Assembly (NCBI GenBank): GCA_038060895.1
Contig: JBBTCT010000022.1
Coordinates: forward strand, 229,301 to 293,300
Length of the DNA stretch: 64,000 nucleotides
Source of the DNA: Planctomycetota bacterium
Lineage (GTDB): Bacteria > Planctomycetota > MHYJ01 > WSZJ01
Direction: 5' to 3'
In this document: piece after piece, positions 54,846 through 64,000 of the stretch
Layout of the letters: the number at the start of each line of letters is the position of its first letter
Position numbering within the stretch: the stretch's first letter is position 1
Notes under the pieces: generated by a model
The model's database searches: none
What the model was told of the DNA's origin: nothing
Seen by the model: only the letters and a program-made list of their open reading frames with translations
Translations under genes and position numbers: made by a program

Positions 54846-55307
54846 TTGCGACTCTTCCTCGCCACCGGCTGCGGCCTCGGCCGATTCCCCTTCGGCGGAT
54901 CGATCGCGTCGCTTGCCTCCTGCTTCTTCGCCGTCGTCGTCGCCGAATCGACGTTCCCTGACCGGCTCGAGTGGGCGGTGCTCGCCGTCCTTGCGTCGCT
55001 CGTGTGCCTTGCGACAGCCGGAGAAGCGGAGCGGGTGCTCGGGAGGAAGGACCCGCTGGAAGTCGTCGCCGACGAATTCGCGGGGATGTGGCTGGCGTTT
55101 GCAATCGCGCCGCCGGGGCGGAATCTCGCACTGGTCTTCGTGGTGTTCGGACTATTCCGACTCTTCGACGGCGTAAAGCCGTTCGGGCTGAAGAAGCTCC
55201 AGGCGGCACCGGGCGCAGTGGGGATCCTGATTGACGACCTGGTGGCAGGTGCCATAGCAGGAGCCGGCACCCTCGGCCTGTCCGCCGCGTTACCGGGAGT
55301 CCTTTAG
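54846..55307 (+). CDS. pgpA: phosphatidylglycerophosphatase A
   Basis: DEFAGMW ... FRLFDGVKPFG ... GILIDDLVAG matches PgpA; TTG start. Confidence 0.7.
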   Translation: MRLFLATGCGLGRFPFGGSIASLASCFFAVVVAESTFPDRLEWAVLAVLASLVCLATAGEAERVLGRKDPLEVVADEFAGMWLAFAIAPPGRNLALVFVVFGLFRLFDGVKPFGLKKLQAAPGAVGILIDDLVAGAIAGAGTLGLSAALPGVL

Positions 55308-55318
55308 CCGACCGCGGG

Positions 55319-55903
55319 CTACTTCGTGCCTGCCGGGGCCATCCAGGCACTTGGGTCGCCGTCGAGGAGGTCATCGGCGAGCGAGCCGGTCGGACTGTCG
55401 TACGTAAAGACGTCCACGCGGCCCTGGAAGAAGAGGACGTTGAGATCGTCCCCGTTGCCGTGATTCGGCTCGCCCGTCGCAGGATTGTCGTCGTCGCAGG
55501 CGATCGGCAGGTCCGGGGGCGCGCCGTCGTTGATGCCCGCGGTCGTCCACGTGTAGGTCACGCCGCCTTCAGGCGTGTAGGCGCCCGCGTCCACGATCGC
55601 GGCGTAGTGCGTCCCCGTGCCGCCCTTGCCGACTACGGCGCAGCGGAACAGATTGCCGTCGGTCGCCAGGTCGGGGCGCCAGAGCAACCCGAACCACGTC
55701 AGGGCGCCCGGCGTCGGGTAGGCCTTGAACTTTCCCTCGTACAGGGCGAAGTACACGCCGATCTGCTTGAGCGAGTTCTTGCAGTCCGTCTTGCGGCTCG
55801 ATTTGCGCGCCGCGGCCAGGGCAGGGAGGAGGAGCGCCGCCAGGATGCCGATGATGGCGATGACGACGAGCAGTTCGATGAGAGTGAAGCCTTTGCGTCG
55901 CAT
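55319..55903 (-). CDS. prepilin-type N-terminal cleavage/methylation domain protein (DUF1559 family)
   Basis: [25 protein letters not shown]; C-terminal NHGNGDD ... FFQGRV (H-X9-G region). Confidence 0.75.
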   Translation of the reverse strand: MRRKGFTLIELLVVIAIIGILAALLLPALAAARKSSRKTDCKNSLKQIGVYFALYEGKFKAYPTPGALTWFGLLWRPDLATDGNLFRCAVVGKGGTGTHYAAIVDAGAYTPEGGVTYTWTTAGINDGAPPDLPIACDDDNPATGEPNHGNGDDLNVLFFQGRVDVFTYDSPTGSLADDLLDGDPSAWMAPAGTK

Positions 55904-56108
55904 CAGACGTCTCCTGCTCCAAGAATAGCGTTTGTTCCCCACAAAGAGATGCCGGCATTCGTGAGGGGCTTTCACGGGGAAGCGGAATTCGTCCATCGGG
56001 GGAGGAGGGGCTATCGAATAGCCGCCACGACCTAACTTCCGGCTTACTTCAGCTCCGTCTGCGCGCTCTTTCCCCCACCCGTCCCGCTATCATGCATCTC
56101 CGACACCC

Positions 56109-56762
56109 GTGCCCACCTTCCCCAGCACCATCTGGCACGACCTCGACCGCGCCCGCAACGGCGAGGCCGCCGCGTGGACCGCCGTCGTCACCCGCTATCG
56201 CCCGGCGATTCACTCCTTTCTTCGAAGCGCCGGCAGATCGGAGGCCGACGCGGATGACATCGCGCAGGATGTCTTCCTCCAGATGGTCCGCAGCAGCCTC
56301 CTCGACGGCGCGCACCCCAGGCGCGGCAAGTTCCGGAGCCTCGTCCTCGCCGTGACGACCAACGTCATGCGCCACAAGCTCCGCGACGACCGCGCGGAAA
56401 AACGCGGCGGCGGCAGGAAGCCCGTCCCGCTCGAAGGGCAGGACGTCCCGGCGCCCGAGGAAGAAGAGCGCTTCGACCGCGAATGGGTCAAGCGCATGGT
56501 CGCCTCGGCGCTCGAAGAGCTGGCCCGGACACGGCCGCTCTATCACGAAGCGCTCCGGCTCTCCCTCGAGGACCGGACGCAGGCGCAGATCGCGCAGACG
56601 CTGGGAAAGTCGTCCGCCCAGGTGAACAACCACATCCATCGCGCGAAGAAGTGGGTCCGGCGGCGGTTGCGCGCGCTGGTGAGGGAGTCGTGCGCGGACG
56701 CGGTGACGTACCGGGAGGAGCTCGCCTACCTCGGGAAGTACCTGGACCTGGAGGGGGAATAG
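56109..56762 (+). CDS. ECF-subfamily RNA polymerase sigma factor
   Basis: Sigma region 2 (DIAQDVFLQM) and region 4 (AQIAQTLGKSSAQVNNHIHRAKKWVRR); GTG start. Confidence 0.8.
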   Translation: MPTFPSTIWHDLDRARNGEAAAWTAVVTRYRPAIHSFLRSAGRSEADADDIAQDVFLQMVRSSLLDGAHPRRGKFRSLVLAVTTNVMRHKLRDDRAEKRGGGRKPVPLEGQDVPAPEEEERFDREWVKRMVASALEELARTRPLYHEALRLSLEDRTQAQIAQTLGKSSAQVNNHIHRAKKWVRRRLRALVRESCADAVTYREELAYLGKYLDLEGE

Positions 56763-56764
56763 CC

Positions 56765-59332
56765 CTATTTCGCAGCTTCCACCGACCGCACCAGCCTGAA
56801 CCCGATGTCGCTGTCCACTTCTCTCTCCGGATCCCCATCCACGAACGTCGTCCGAAACTCGACCCAGTCCATGTCGCGCGACCCGCCGCCCCGCACCCCG
56901 CGCAGCCTCACCGACTTGTCCTGCCAGTTCGAGCACCACTCCTTCACATTCCCCGCCAGGTCCATGATCCCGTACGGGCACTCGTCCGCGGGATTCGACC
57001 CGACGGGAAGCGCCCCGAGTTCCACCGTCGGTCGCGACCGCCCGCCGTTCGTCCAGATCCAGTCGAACGTCGGTCCCCACGGAAACGCACGCCCGTCCGC
57101 GCCGCGGGCGATCGCTTCGCGCTCCCGCGTCGTCGGAAGCCGCCACGGGAGCCCGTCCCGCTGCGCCCGCCACGCGCAATACTTCCGCGCGTCCCAGTAC
57201 GACACTTTCACCATCGGCAGACGCAGACCTCCGTCCGGGTAACCCGGCTCCGCCGGCATCAGCCGCCCGTCCCGCATCTCCCAGCCGTCCGGCGGCGCCC
57301 GCTTCCGCAATTCCTCCGGGTCCCCCGCTGCCGCAAGCGCCGCGAGATACTCCGCGTACTCCGCACGCGTAACCTCGTACTTCCCGGCCACCAGGTCCCC
57401 CATCTCGCGAACCCGCCGCCTCTCGTCCGGACCCACGACGAATTTTCCGGCAGGCACGTGCACGAAGTCCGCACCGATCTCCGCTTCCGTCAGCAGCCGT
57501 ACCGTCGCGGCCACCTGCGGATACTTGCGCGTGATCGCGAACGGGAAGCGCGTGTCCCGGCGGCCCGGGAGCCGGAGGATCGCCAGGTACGAACCCGCCG
57601 GCAGCTTTTCCGGCGGCGCTTTCATCGGGCGCAGCACGAGTCGTGGATCCTCTCCCTGCTCGTACCGGAAGTACTCAACGGCAGCGCCCGGCGGGTCCGA
57701 GGTGATCACCACCGAGCCGCTCGCGCGGTCGCACTCTTCCGACCTCGGCTTGTCGTAGAGCTTCAGCAGACCTTTCGCTTCCGCCATCTTGAGTGCATCC
57801 CCGGCCCACTCCGCGCGCTTGAAAGCTCTCCAGTAATAGCCGGACAGGAATTCCCGGGGCGGCGCGTAGTCCGGGTCGGCCTGTACGGCGGACGAATAGA
57901 AGTGGACCACCTTTGTGCGTTCCTCGGAGAGTTCGCGCTCGAGCGTGGCGATCCGGGTTTCCATTCTCCAGAGCTCGTCGTGCTTGCCGGAGGGCGCGGT
58001 GGTGTCGAGCGAAGCGAACAGCGCGTCGCGTTCGACCTGAAGTGCCTTGAGCGAGGCGCCAATCTCCTTCACACGCGCGCGTGCCGCCTTTCCCTGCTCG
58101 GTGTTGCGCTCCGCGTTGTACCGCTTTGCTTCCCGACGCTTGAGCGCCAGCAGGTTCGAGTTCCGGTCGCTCTTCTCGAGATTCCAGAGCTGGCTGGCCA
58201 GCCACACGGCCTGCTCCGTGTCGCGTTCCGCCAGGACCTCCGCGTGTTTCGCTTCGACGTCGCTCCGGTGGCGGGCGGCATCGACGGCGAGCTTCACGCC
58301 GAGTCCTGCGAGTGCGAGCACCAGGGCGGCTCCCGCCGTCGCGGCCGCGACATGACGGCGCACCCAGAGTTCCGCCTTGCGCGCCGGCGAAGGCGGGCGC
58401 GCGAGCACGCGGCCTCCGTCGAGATGTCTGCGGAGGTCGTCGGCAAAGGAAGCGGCATCCGGGTATCGGCGCGCAGGATCTTTTTCGAGGGCGCGCAGGG
58501 CGACGAGCTCGAGGTCGCGCGGGACGCCGGGATTCAGCGCGTTCGGGGGAAGCGGATCTTCATACGCGACCCGCCGGATCACGTCGGCCGCGTTATCCCC
58601 CTGGTGCGGGGCGCGGCCGGTGAGGATGTGGTACAGGATCGCGCCGAGCGCGTAGACGTCGGTGCGGACCGAAAGGAGCCCCGACTGCCCGAGCGCCTGC
58701 TCGGGCGCCATGTACCACGGCGTCCCCAGCGTCGTCCCGCTCTGCGTCAGCGCCGTCTCGGAATCGATCTTCCGCGCAAGGCCGAAGTCCGCGACCTTCG
58801 GCACGCCGGCAGGCGTCAGCAGCAGATTTCCCGGCTTCAAATCGCGGTGAATGATCCCCGTCCCGTGCGCGTAATGCACCGCCCGGCTCACCGTTTCCAG
58901 GATCTCCGCCCCCTTGCGAATCTCCACGTCGTTCGCGCTCAGCGCTTCCGCCAGCGTCCTCCCGCGGATCAGCTCCATCACCAGGATCATTCGCCCTTCT
59001 TCCCAGCCCACGTCGTAAATCGTCACGATGTTCGGGTGCGTCAGCTTCGCCGCCATCTCCGCTTCACGCCGGAACCGGATCCCCATCTCCGCGTCCCCGC
59101 GGCTCTCCTCGCGCAGCACCTTGACCGCGACCTCGCGCTGCAGCTTCTTGTCGAACGCCGCGTAAACCACCGCCGTGCCGCCGCGCCCGAGCTCCTCGCG
59201 CATCTCAAACCGCGAAGCCGCCAGCGGCGGCGCCATCTGCACCGTCGCCACTTCCTTCATGGCGCTTCGCATCGCATCGTCGAGGGATTCGGGTTTCATG
59301 GTCGAGGTCCGGGAAGCGGCGGGCATTTTCAC
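56765..59332 (-). CDS. Ser/Thr protein kinase fused to C-terminal FGE-sulfatase domain
   Basis: Kinase motifs GRGGTAVVY, HRDLKPGNLLL, DFGLA; C-terminal FGE-like motifs (WRLPTTRERE, NVKEWC, GFRLV); alternative start at 59299. Confidence 0.8.
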   Translation of the reverse strand: MKMPAASRTSTMKPESLDDAMRSAMKEVATVQMAPPLAASRFEMREELGRGGTAVVYAAFDKKLQREVAVKVLREESRGDAEMGIRFRREAEMAAKLTHPNIVTIYDVGWEEGRMILVMELIRGRTLAEALSANDVEIRKGAEILETVSRAVHYAHGTGIIHRDLKPGNLLLTPAGVPKVADFGLARKIDSETALTQSGTTLGTPWYMAPEQALGQSGLLSVRTDVYALGAILYHILTGRAPHQGDNAADVIRRVAYEDPLPPNALNPGVPRDLELVALRALEKDPARRYPDAASFADDLRRHLDGGRVLARPPSPARKAELWVRRHVAAATAGAALVLALAGLGVKLAVDAARHRSDVEAKHAEVLAERDTEQAVWLASQLWNLEKSDRNSNLLALKRREAKRYNAERNTEQGKAARARVKEIGASLKALQVERDALFASLDTTAPSGKHDELWRMETRIATLERELSEERTKVVHFYSSAVQADPDYAPPREFLSGYYWRAFKRAEWAGDALKMAEAKGLLKLYDKPRSEECDRASGSVVITSDPPGAAVEYFRYEQGEDPRLVLRPMKAPPEKLPAGSYLAILRLPGRRDTRFPFAITRKYPQVAATVRLLTEAEIGADFVHVPAGKFVVGPDERRRVREMGDLVAGKYEVTRAEYAEYLAALAAAGDPEELRKRAPPDGWEMRDGRLMPAEPGYPDGGLRLPMVKVSYWDARKYCAWRAQRDGLPWRLPTTREREAIARGADGRAFPWGPTFDWIWTNGGRSRPTVELGALPVGSNPADECPYGIMDLAGNVKEWCSNWQDKSVRLRGVRGGGSRDMDWVEFRTTFVDGDPEREVDSDIGFRLVRSVEAAK

Positions 59333-59482
59333 ACAAAGAGATGCCCGGTGGCGTCCGGTTGTTTCACTTCATTCCAGGAATGACGGCATTTAAGGTTCGG
59401 TGAAGGTTCGGCCGCTTCTCGAATGGGCATCTCACGCTCGTTGCTTCGCGTCCCGCGATTCCCGTAGAATCCATGGGCTCAC

Positions 59483-60616
59483 ATGGGGGACCTCGCGATG
59501 GGCGAACACACGCGCGATCGGGCTGGCGCCGACGCGGATTCACTGCGCGCGGAGAATCTGCGCCTCGAGACCCTGGTTCGCAAGCAGGAACTGGACTTCA
59601 AGACGCTCCTCGAGATGGCCAACGCGATCAACGAGCGGTCGCTGGATCCGCGCGGGATCGAGGCCTACCTCATCTACATCTGCAACGCTGTGCGCGGGCA
59701 GTTCGGGGTCACGAAGGCGCATGTGGTGCGGGAAGCGATGGACGGGGAAGCGCGGCGGTTCATCCTGATGGAGCGGGGGAAGACGGTGTTTGAGTGCGCG
59801 CGGGACGGGGAGTTCGCGAAGGCGATGGTGAAGGCGCGCGGGGCGGTGCCGCTCTCGGGGGATCCGGTGGCGAATCTGCCGGAGGCCGCGCAGCTCAAGG
59901 CGCTCGACCTCGAAACCGTGGCGCCGCTTCTGAGATTCGCCGAAGGAAAAGCCGAACTCAAGGGGGTGCTCGCGATCGGAAAGCGGCTCGTCAAGGCGCC
60001 TTTCGCGGCCGACGACCTCCAGATGTTTGGATTGCTGGGGAGCATCATCGCGATTTCGCTGCATAATGCGGAACTGCACCGGAAGGCGATCGTGGACACG
60101 CTGACGCAGGTGTACAGCCGGGGGCATTTCGACCTGGCGATGGAAGCGGAGATTTCCCGTGCGGAGCGGTACGGCGGACAGCATCATTCCGACGAGGTGC
60201 GGTTCGTGTCGCTGGTGATGATGGACATCGACCACTTCAAGAAGGTGAACGACACGCACGGCCACCTGGGCGGGGACGCGGTGTTGCGGGTGGTGGCGCG
60301 GGCGCTGAGGCAGACGGTGAGGAAATCGGACGTGGTGTCGCGGTACGGCGGCGAAGAGTTTGCGTTGATCGCGCCGGAGACGAACAAAGAGGAGGCGATC
60401 CGGATGGCGGAGCGGTTGCGGCTGAGGATCGCCGGGGAGAAGGCGGAGAGCGGCGGGAAGTCGCTGGCGGTCACCGCGAGCTTCGGGGTCGCGACGTACC
60501 CCAATGATGCGGGGGATCTGCGCGCGCTGGTGGCGGCCGCCGACAAGGCGCTGTACGCGGCCAAAGAGCGCGGGCGTAACCAGGTCGTCGCCGCTTCCGG
60601 CCGGGAGCACGCCTGA
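59483..60616 (+). CDS. GAF-domain diguanylate cyclase (GGDEF)
   Basis: RYGGEEF active site, DxxHF metal site. Confidence 0.8.
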   Translation: MGDLAMGEHTRDRAGADADSLRAENLRLETLVRKQELDFKTLLEMANAINERSLDPRGIEAYLIYICNAVRGQFGVTKAHVVREAMDGEARRFILMERGKTVFECARDGEFAKAMVKARGAVPLSGDPVANLPEAAQLKALDLETVAPLLRFAEGKAELKGVLAIGKRLVKAPFAADDLQMFGLLGSIIAISLHNAELHRKAIVDTLTQVYSRGHFDLAMEAEISRAERYGGQHHSDEVRFVSLVMMDIDHFKKVNDTHGHLGGDAVLRVVARALRQTVRKSDVVSRYGGEEFALIAPETNKEEAIRMAERLRLRIAGEKAESGGKSLAVTASFGVATYPNDAGDLRALVAAADKALYAAKERGRNQVVAASGREHA

Positions 60617-62493
60617 TGGAACGGCCCATGGGGGGAGCGCGCCGTCCGGCGCCGGGAGGCACCAGCGCCAAGATGGGCGGGACGGGACAGCACCGTGCGG
60701 TCCGACCCGCGCCGGGGCACACCCCCGCGGGAACGCCACCGCCGTCGGACACCAGCCACCTGAGACGGACGGACGGCGGGCACAGCGCCGGCCACGGCGG
60801 GGGACACGCCGCCGGCCCCGCGCGCTCTCCGGGGACCTCCAGCGGGTCGCTCGGCGGCATGGGCCTCGGCGCCAAGTTCGCGCTCTTCATCGCCCTCACC
60901 GTCGCCATCGCCAGCTCCTTCCTCGTCGTCGGCGGGTACTACTCCGTCGCGAAGGAAATGGACCAGGAGATCGACGAAGCGGGCGTTCGGCTGACGAAGC
61001 TCGCCGCGGCGACGGCGTGGCCGATCATCAAGAAGCACATGGACGCCGGCGATGACAACCCGCGCGAGAAGCTGCTCGAGAACCTCAACAACATGGTCAA
61101 GCTGGTCGATCCCACGAACCAGCCGGCCTACAAGAAGCTCGACGACGAGAACCGCAACAAGTGGCTGAAGGCCATCCTGGAATCCAGCGACATCGACCCT
61201 TACAGCCTCCTGACCAATTCGACGATGGAGCTCGAAACCCCCGAGATCATCAACATCATCATCCTCCTGCCGAACGGGCGGGATTACATCGCCTCCATGA
61301 AGCGAGACCCGATCACCCTTGGAAATCCGACGCCTCGCGCCAAGATCGGCGGCGTGGAGATCCAGGAGGGCATCTACTCCTCCGGCAACAACGTCCGGGT
61401 GCGGCTCTTCAAGAAGCCCGTCCTCGACCAGAACGGAACCGAGCGCGGCACCGTGCAGGTCTACCTGAAGGCCGCGAAGATCGACGCGGCGAAGTCGCAC
61501 ATCCTGACGGCCATGATGATCCCGCTGCTCTTCGCGATCGTCATCGGCGCCGGCATCGGCTTCTACCTGTCCACGATCGTGACCAAGCCGCTCAAGACGC
61601 TCATCAGCGACATCCAGATCGTGTCGCAGGGTGACCTCGAGCACGAGACGAAGGCGCGGTCCACCGACGAGATCGGGTACCTCGCGCGGACGTTCAACCT
61701 CATGACGAAGAGCCTCGCGGTGGCGCACACGGCGGAGCTGCAGACCAAGGCGATGGAGCACGAGTTGAGCATCGCCGTGGACATCCAGTCGAACCTGTTG
61801 CCTAAGCGCATCCCGAAGATCCCGAAGTTCGAGATCGGCGCGTACTACCGGCCGTCAAAGGAAGTCGGCGGCGACTACTACGACTTCATCCAGATCGACC
61901 AGAACCACCTGGGCGTGATCGTGGCCGACGTGTCGGGCAAGGGCATTCCCGGGTCGATGGTGATGACGATGGCGCGGTCGCTTATCCGGATGGAAGCGGA
62001 GCGAAATCTGTCCACGGCCGACACGCTGATCAAGACGAACCGCATCCTCGCGCGCGACATCCGCCGCGGAATGTTCGTGACGTGCCTCTACGCGCTCATC
62101 GACGTGCAGAAGAACTCGATGCTCGTCTCGAGCGCCGGGCACAACCCGATGGTGGTCTACCGCAAGGCGACCAACAAGTACGAGCTGATCAACCCCAACG
62201 GCATCGCCCTCGGTTTCGACAAGGGCCCGATCTTCGAGCGCACCATCAAGGAACAGTCGATCCCGTACGGCCCGGGCGACCGCTTCGTCCTCTACACCGA
62301 CGGCGTCGTCGAGGCCATGAGCCCCCGGAACGTCGAGTTCGGGGACGAACGTTTCTACAAGATGGTCCAGACCCTCGCCGACAAGGATTCGAACGTGTTC
62401 ATCAACACCATCGTGAAGGCGCTCGACGACCACCAGGGCGACGGGGAGCAGCACGACGACATCACGCTCGTTACGGTGAGGGTGCTGGGCTAG
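60616..62493 (+). CDS. membrane sensor (HAMP) PP2C-type Ser phosphatase (RsbU/SpoIIE family)
   Basis: Two TM helices, HAMP, GGDYYD, VADVSGKG, DGVVE, DDITLV motifs; ATGA overlap with GGDEF gene. Confidence 0.8.
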   Translation: MERPMGGARRPAPGGTSAKMGGTGQHRAVRPAPGHTPAGTPPPSDTSHLRRTDGGHSAGHGGGHAAGPARSPGTSSGSLGGMGLGAKFALFIALTVAIASSFLVVGGYYSVAKEMDQEIDEAGVRLTKLAAATAWPIIKKHMDAGDDNPREKLLENLNNMVKLVDPTNQPAYKKLDDENRNKWLKAILESSDIDPYSLLTNSTMELETPEIINIIILLPNGRDYIASMKRDPITLGNPTPRAKIGGVEIQEGIYSSGNNVRVRLFKKPVLDQNGTERGTVQVYLKAAKIDAAKSHILTAMMIPLLFAIVIGAGIGFYLSTIVTKPLKTLISDIQIVSQGDLEHETKARSTDEIGYLARTFNLMTKSLAVAHTAELQTKAMEHELSIAVDIQSNLLPKRIPKIPKFEIGAYYRPSKEVGGDYYDFIQIDQNHLGVIVADVSGKGIPGSMVMTMARSLIRMEAERNLSTADTLIKTNRILARDIRRGMFVTCLYALIDVQKNSMLVSSAGHNPMVVYRKATNKYELINPNGIALGFDKGPIFERTIKEQSIPYGPGDRFVLYTDGVVEAMSPRNVEFGDERFYKMVQTLADKDSNVFINTIVKALDDHQGDGEQHDDITLVTVRVLG

Positions 62494-62542
62494 GCGCGTC
62501 CTGAGGTTGGCGGCGTGAATTCAACACCTGGGAGAGCAGCGG

Positions 62543-62989
62543 ATGGGTGAAGTGCACGACCGGATCGTCATCACGAACGACACCAAGTTCCTCGGTTTCG
62601 TGCGCGAGTTCATGTCGCGCATGATCCGCCAGTCGTCGCTCTCCCGCGAGGACGAGAACAAGATCATCCTCGCGGTGGACGAAGCCGTCGCGAACATCAT
62701 CGAGCACGCGTACGAGAACCAGCGCGAGGGGACGATCGACGTCGAGTGCCTGGCCGACCCGGTGAAGTTCGTCGTGACGATCCGCGACTCCGGCCACCAG
62801 TTCAGCCCGGAAGCCATCGAGACGCCGAGCATCGAAGGGCACGTGAAGATGAAGAAGAAGAAGGGCCTGGGCATCTACCTGATGCGCCTCATCATGGACG
62901 AGGTGCGCTACACGTTCCGCGAGGGAATCCAGAACGAACTCGTGCTCGTCAAGTACATCGGGGGAAAGCCCAAGGCACCGCAGGCTTAG
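62543..62989 (+). CDS. RsbW/SpoIIAB-like anti-sigma factor Ser kinase (HATPase_c)
   Basis: N-box EAVANIIEHAY, G-box GLGIYLM. Confidence 0.8.
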   Translation: MGEVHDRIVITNDTKFLGFVREFMSRMIRQSSLSREDENKIILAVDEAVANIIEHAYENQREGTIDVECLADPVKFVVTIRDSGHQFSPEAIETPSIEGHVKMKKKKGLGIYLMRLIMDEVRYTFREGIQNELVLVKYIGGKPKAPQA

Positions 62990-63047
62990 TTCCGTTGAGT
63001 CAGCCGGGGAGGATCGCTAGAATCCCCGTCCAACATCGAGGAATCAG

Positions 63048-63395
63048 ATGGCCGAGTTCCACATCCAGACCAAGAAGCTGAACAACAACATCGTCTTCAT
63101 CGCGGTGCAGGGTTTTCTCGACGCCCACACCTTCGAGGAGATGGAGAAGACGATCAACGACCTCTTCGACGGCGGCACCTACCGCCTCGTGGTCGACCTC
63201 TCCAAGCTCGACTACATCTCCAGCGCCGGCGCGGGCGTCTTCATCGGCGCGATCGGCACCGCGCAGGAGAACGACGGGAACATCGTCCTCATGAAGCCGA
63301 GCCCGAACGTGAAGGAAGTCTTCGACCTGCTCGGCCTCAGCCAGATCTTTCCGTTCGCCAACGACGTCGACGGAGCTTCGAAACTGTTCGCGTAG
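63048..63395 (+). CDS. STAS-domain anti-sigma-factor antagonist (RsbV/SpoIIAA-like)
   Basis: DLSKLDYISSAGAGVF with conserved phosphorylatable Ser. Confidence 0.8.
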   Translation: MAEFHIQTKKLNNNIVFIAVQGFLDAHTFEEMEKTINDLFDGGTYRLVVDLSKLDYISSAGAGVFIGAIGTAQENDGNIVLMKPSPNVKEVFDLLGLSQIFPFANDVDGASKLFA

Positions 63396-63420
63396 AGGGG
63401 CCGGGCCGGAATCAGAAATG

Positions 63421-63457
63421 AAGTCGCCCGGAGCGGAATCGCTCCGGGCGAAGTTGT
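63421..63457. terminator. rho-independent terminator between convergent genes
   Basis: cgcccggagcg-gaat-cgctccgggcg followed by aagttgttttc. Confidence 0.7.
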
Positions 63458-63471
63458 TTTCGGGGACTCCG

Positions 63472-63990
63472 TCATTCGCCGCGGCGCGCCCAGTCGATGA
63501 CGCGCTTCCAGAATGGGTAGAACCACGGCTCGTCTCCGCTGCGGAACCTCCATCGCCAGGTTTCGTCGGTGGCGGAGCAGAAGACGCGGCCGCGGCCGGT
63601 TTTCCTCGTGACGAATAGCGGCATGCGCCGGTCTTCGGGGCCGCATTCCACAAGCGCCTGCGCGTCCGCCTTGCAGCGGGTCGCAAGAAGCCAATGGATT
63701 CCCGGGATGCCGTCGCTGCGGCGGTCTCTGTCCTCCCAGACTTCCGTGGAGGGCGCCGGATTGGCCGAAAACGAAGTGATCGAGCTCAGGATCCCGAAGT
63801 CGGTCAGCCTGTATGCGTAGACAGCGGGTGATTCGGGGAGCGGCGTGTCGATTTCCACCGGCAGGAGCGGCTGAAGGTCCTTCTCGTCCCAGAGACTCGG
63901 CATCGCCTGTTCGCCGGCGATCAGGATGAGGCCGCCGCCCTCTTCCGCGACCCACGTGACCAGATTCTGCCAGCACATCCAGGACGCCAT
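63472..63990 (-). CDS. hypothetical protein, 5' partial (gene continues beyond window end)
   Basis: Minus-strand ORF open to the window edge. Confidence 0.4.
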   Translation of the reverse strand: MASWMCWQNLVTWVAEEGGGLILIAGEQAMPSLWDEKDLQPLLPVEIDTPLPESPAVYAYRLTDFGILSSITSFSANPAPSTEVWEDRDRRSDGIPGIHWLLATRCKADAQALVECGPEDRRMPLFVTRKTGRGRVFCSATDETWRWRFRSGDEPWFYPFWKRVIDWARRGE

Positions 63991-64000
63991 GTCCGGAGTC

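Noticed and set aside
56483-59383. 966-aa plus-strand ORF
   Set aside because: Antisense shadow of the kinase-FGE gene.
1-64000. CRISPR arrays, rRNA genes
   Set aside because: No spacer-repeat periodicity or rRNA-like conserved stretches seen. The only tandem repeats are the short intergenic families described.

Overview
High-GC window of about 64 kb. It is most consistent with a Planctomycetota-type chromosome: a DUF1559 prepilin-like protein, three FGE-sulfatase-domain proteins (one fused to a Ser/Thr kinase beside an ECF sigma factor), many secreted proteins and lipoproteins, and two toxin-antitoxin pairs (VapBC; Phd with a zeta-like toxin). Recognisable housekeeping genes: queA with an SDR oxidoreductase, a grpE / short Hsp70 / J-like membrane protein operon, PPK2, a DEAD-box helicase, prolyl oligopeptidase, pgpA, and a GGDEF-RsbU-RsbW-RsbV partner-switching module. 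Most of the large ORFs in the six-frame track are antisense artefacts of the high GC and were rejected.

Stand-out regions:
(1) A 2.1-kb low-GC element with perfect 21-bp terminal inverted repeats and a 7-bp target-site duplication (43427-45562). It carries an IS1595-family transposase plus two class-II (long variable arm) tRNAs whose anticodons, CCA and UGG, do not match their Ser-like and Leu-like bodies.
(2) A co-directional cluster of unannotatable small beta-rich and secreted proteins (25.1-29.9 kb) downstream of a GAFTGA-less AAA+ enhancer-binding regulator. It includes a Gly-rich tail-fibre-like protein and falls into lower-GC DNA.
(3) A DUF2075 PD-(D/E)xK nuclease fused to an SF1-like ATPase.
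(4) Tandem, translationally coupled paralogous secreted proteins with an internal duplicated module.
(5) Several decayed genes (crotonase fragment, cysK remnant, frameshifted DUF1326 lipoprotein) and two dispersed intergenic repeat families.
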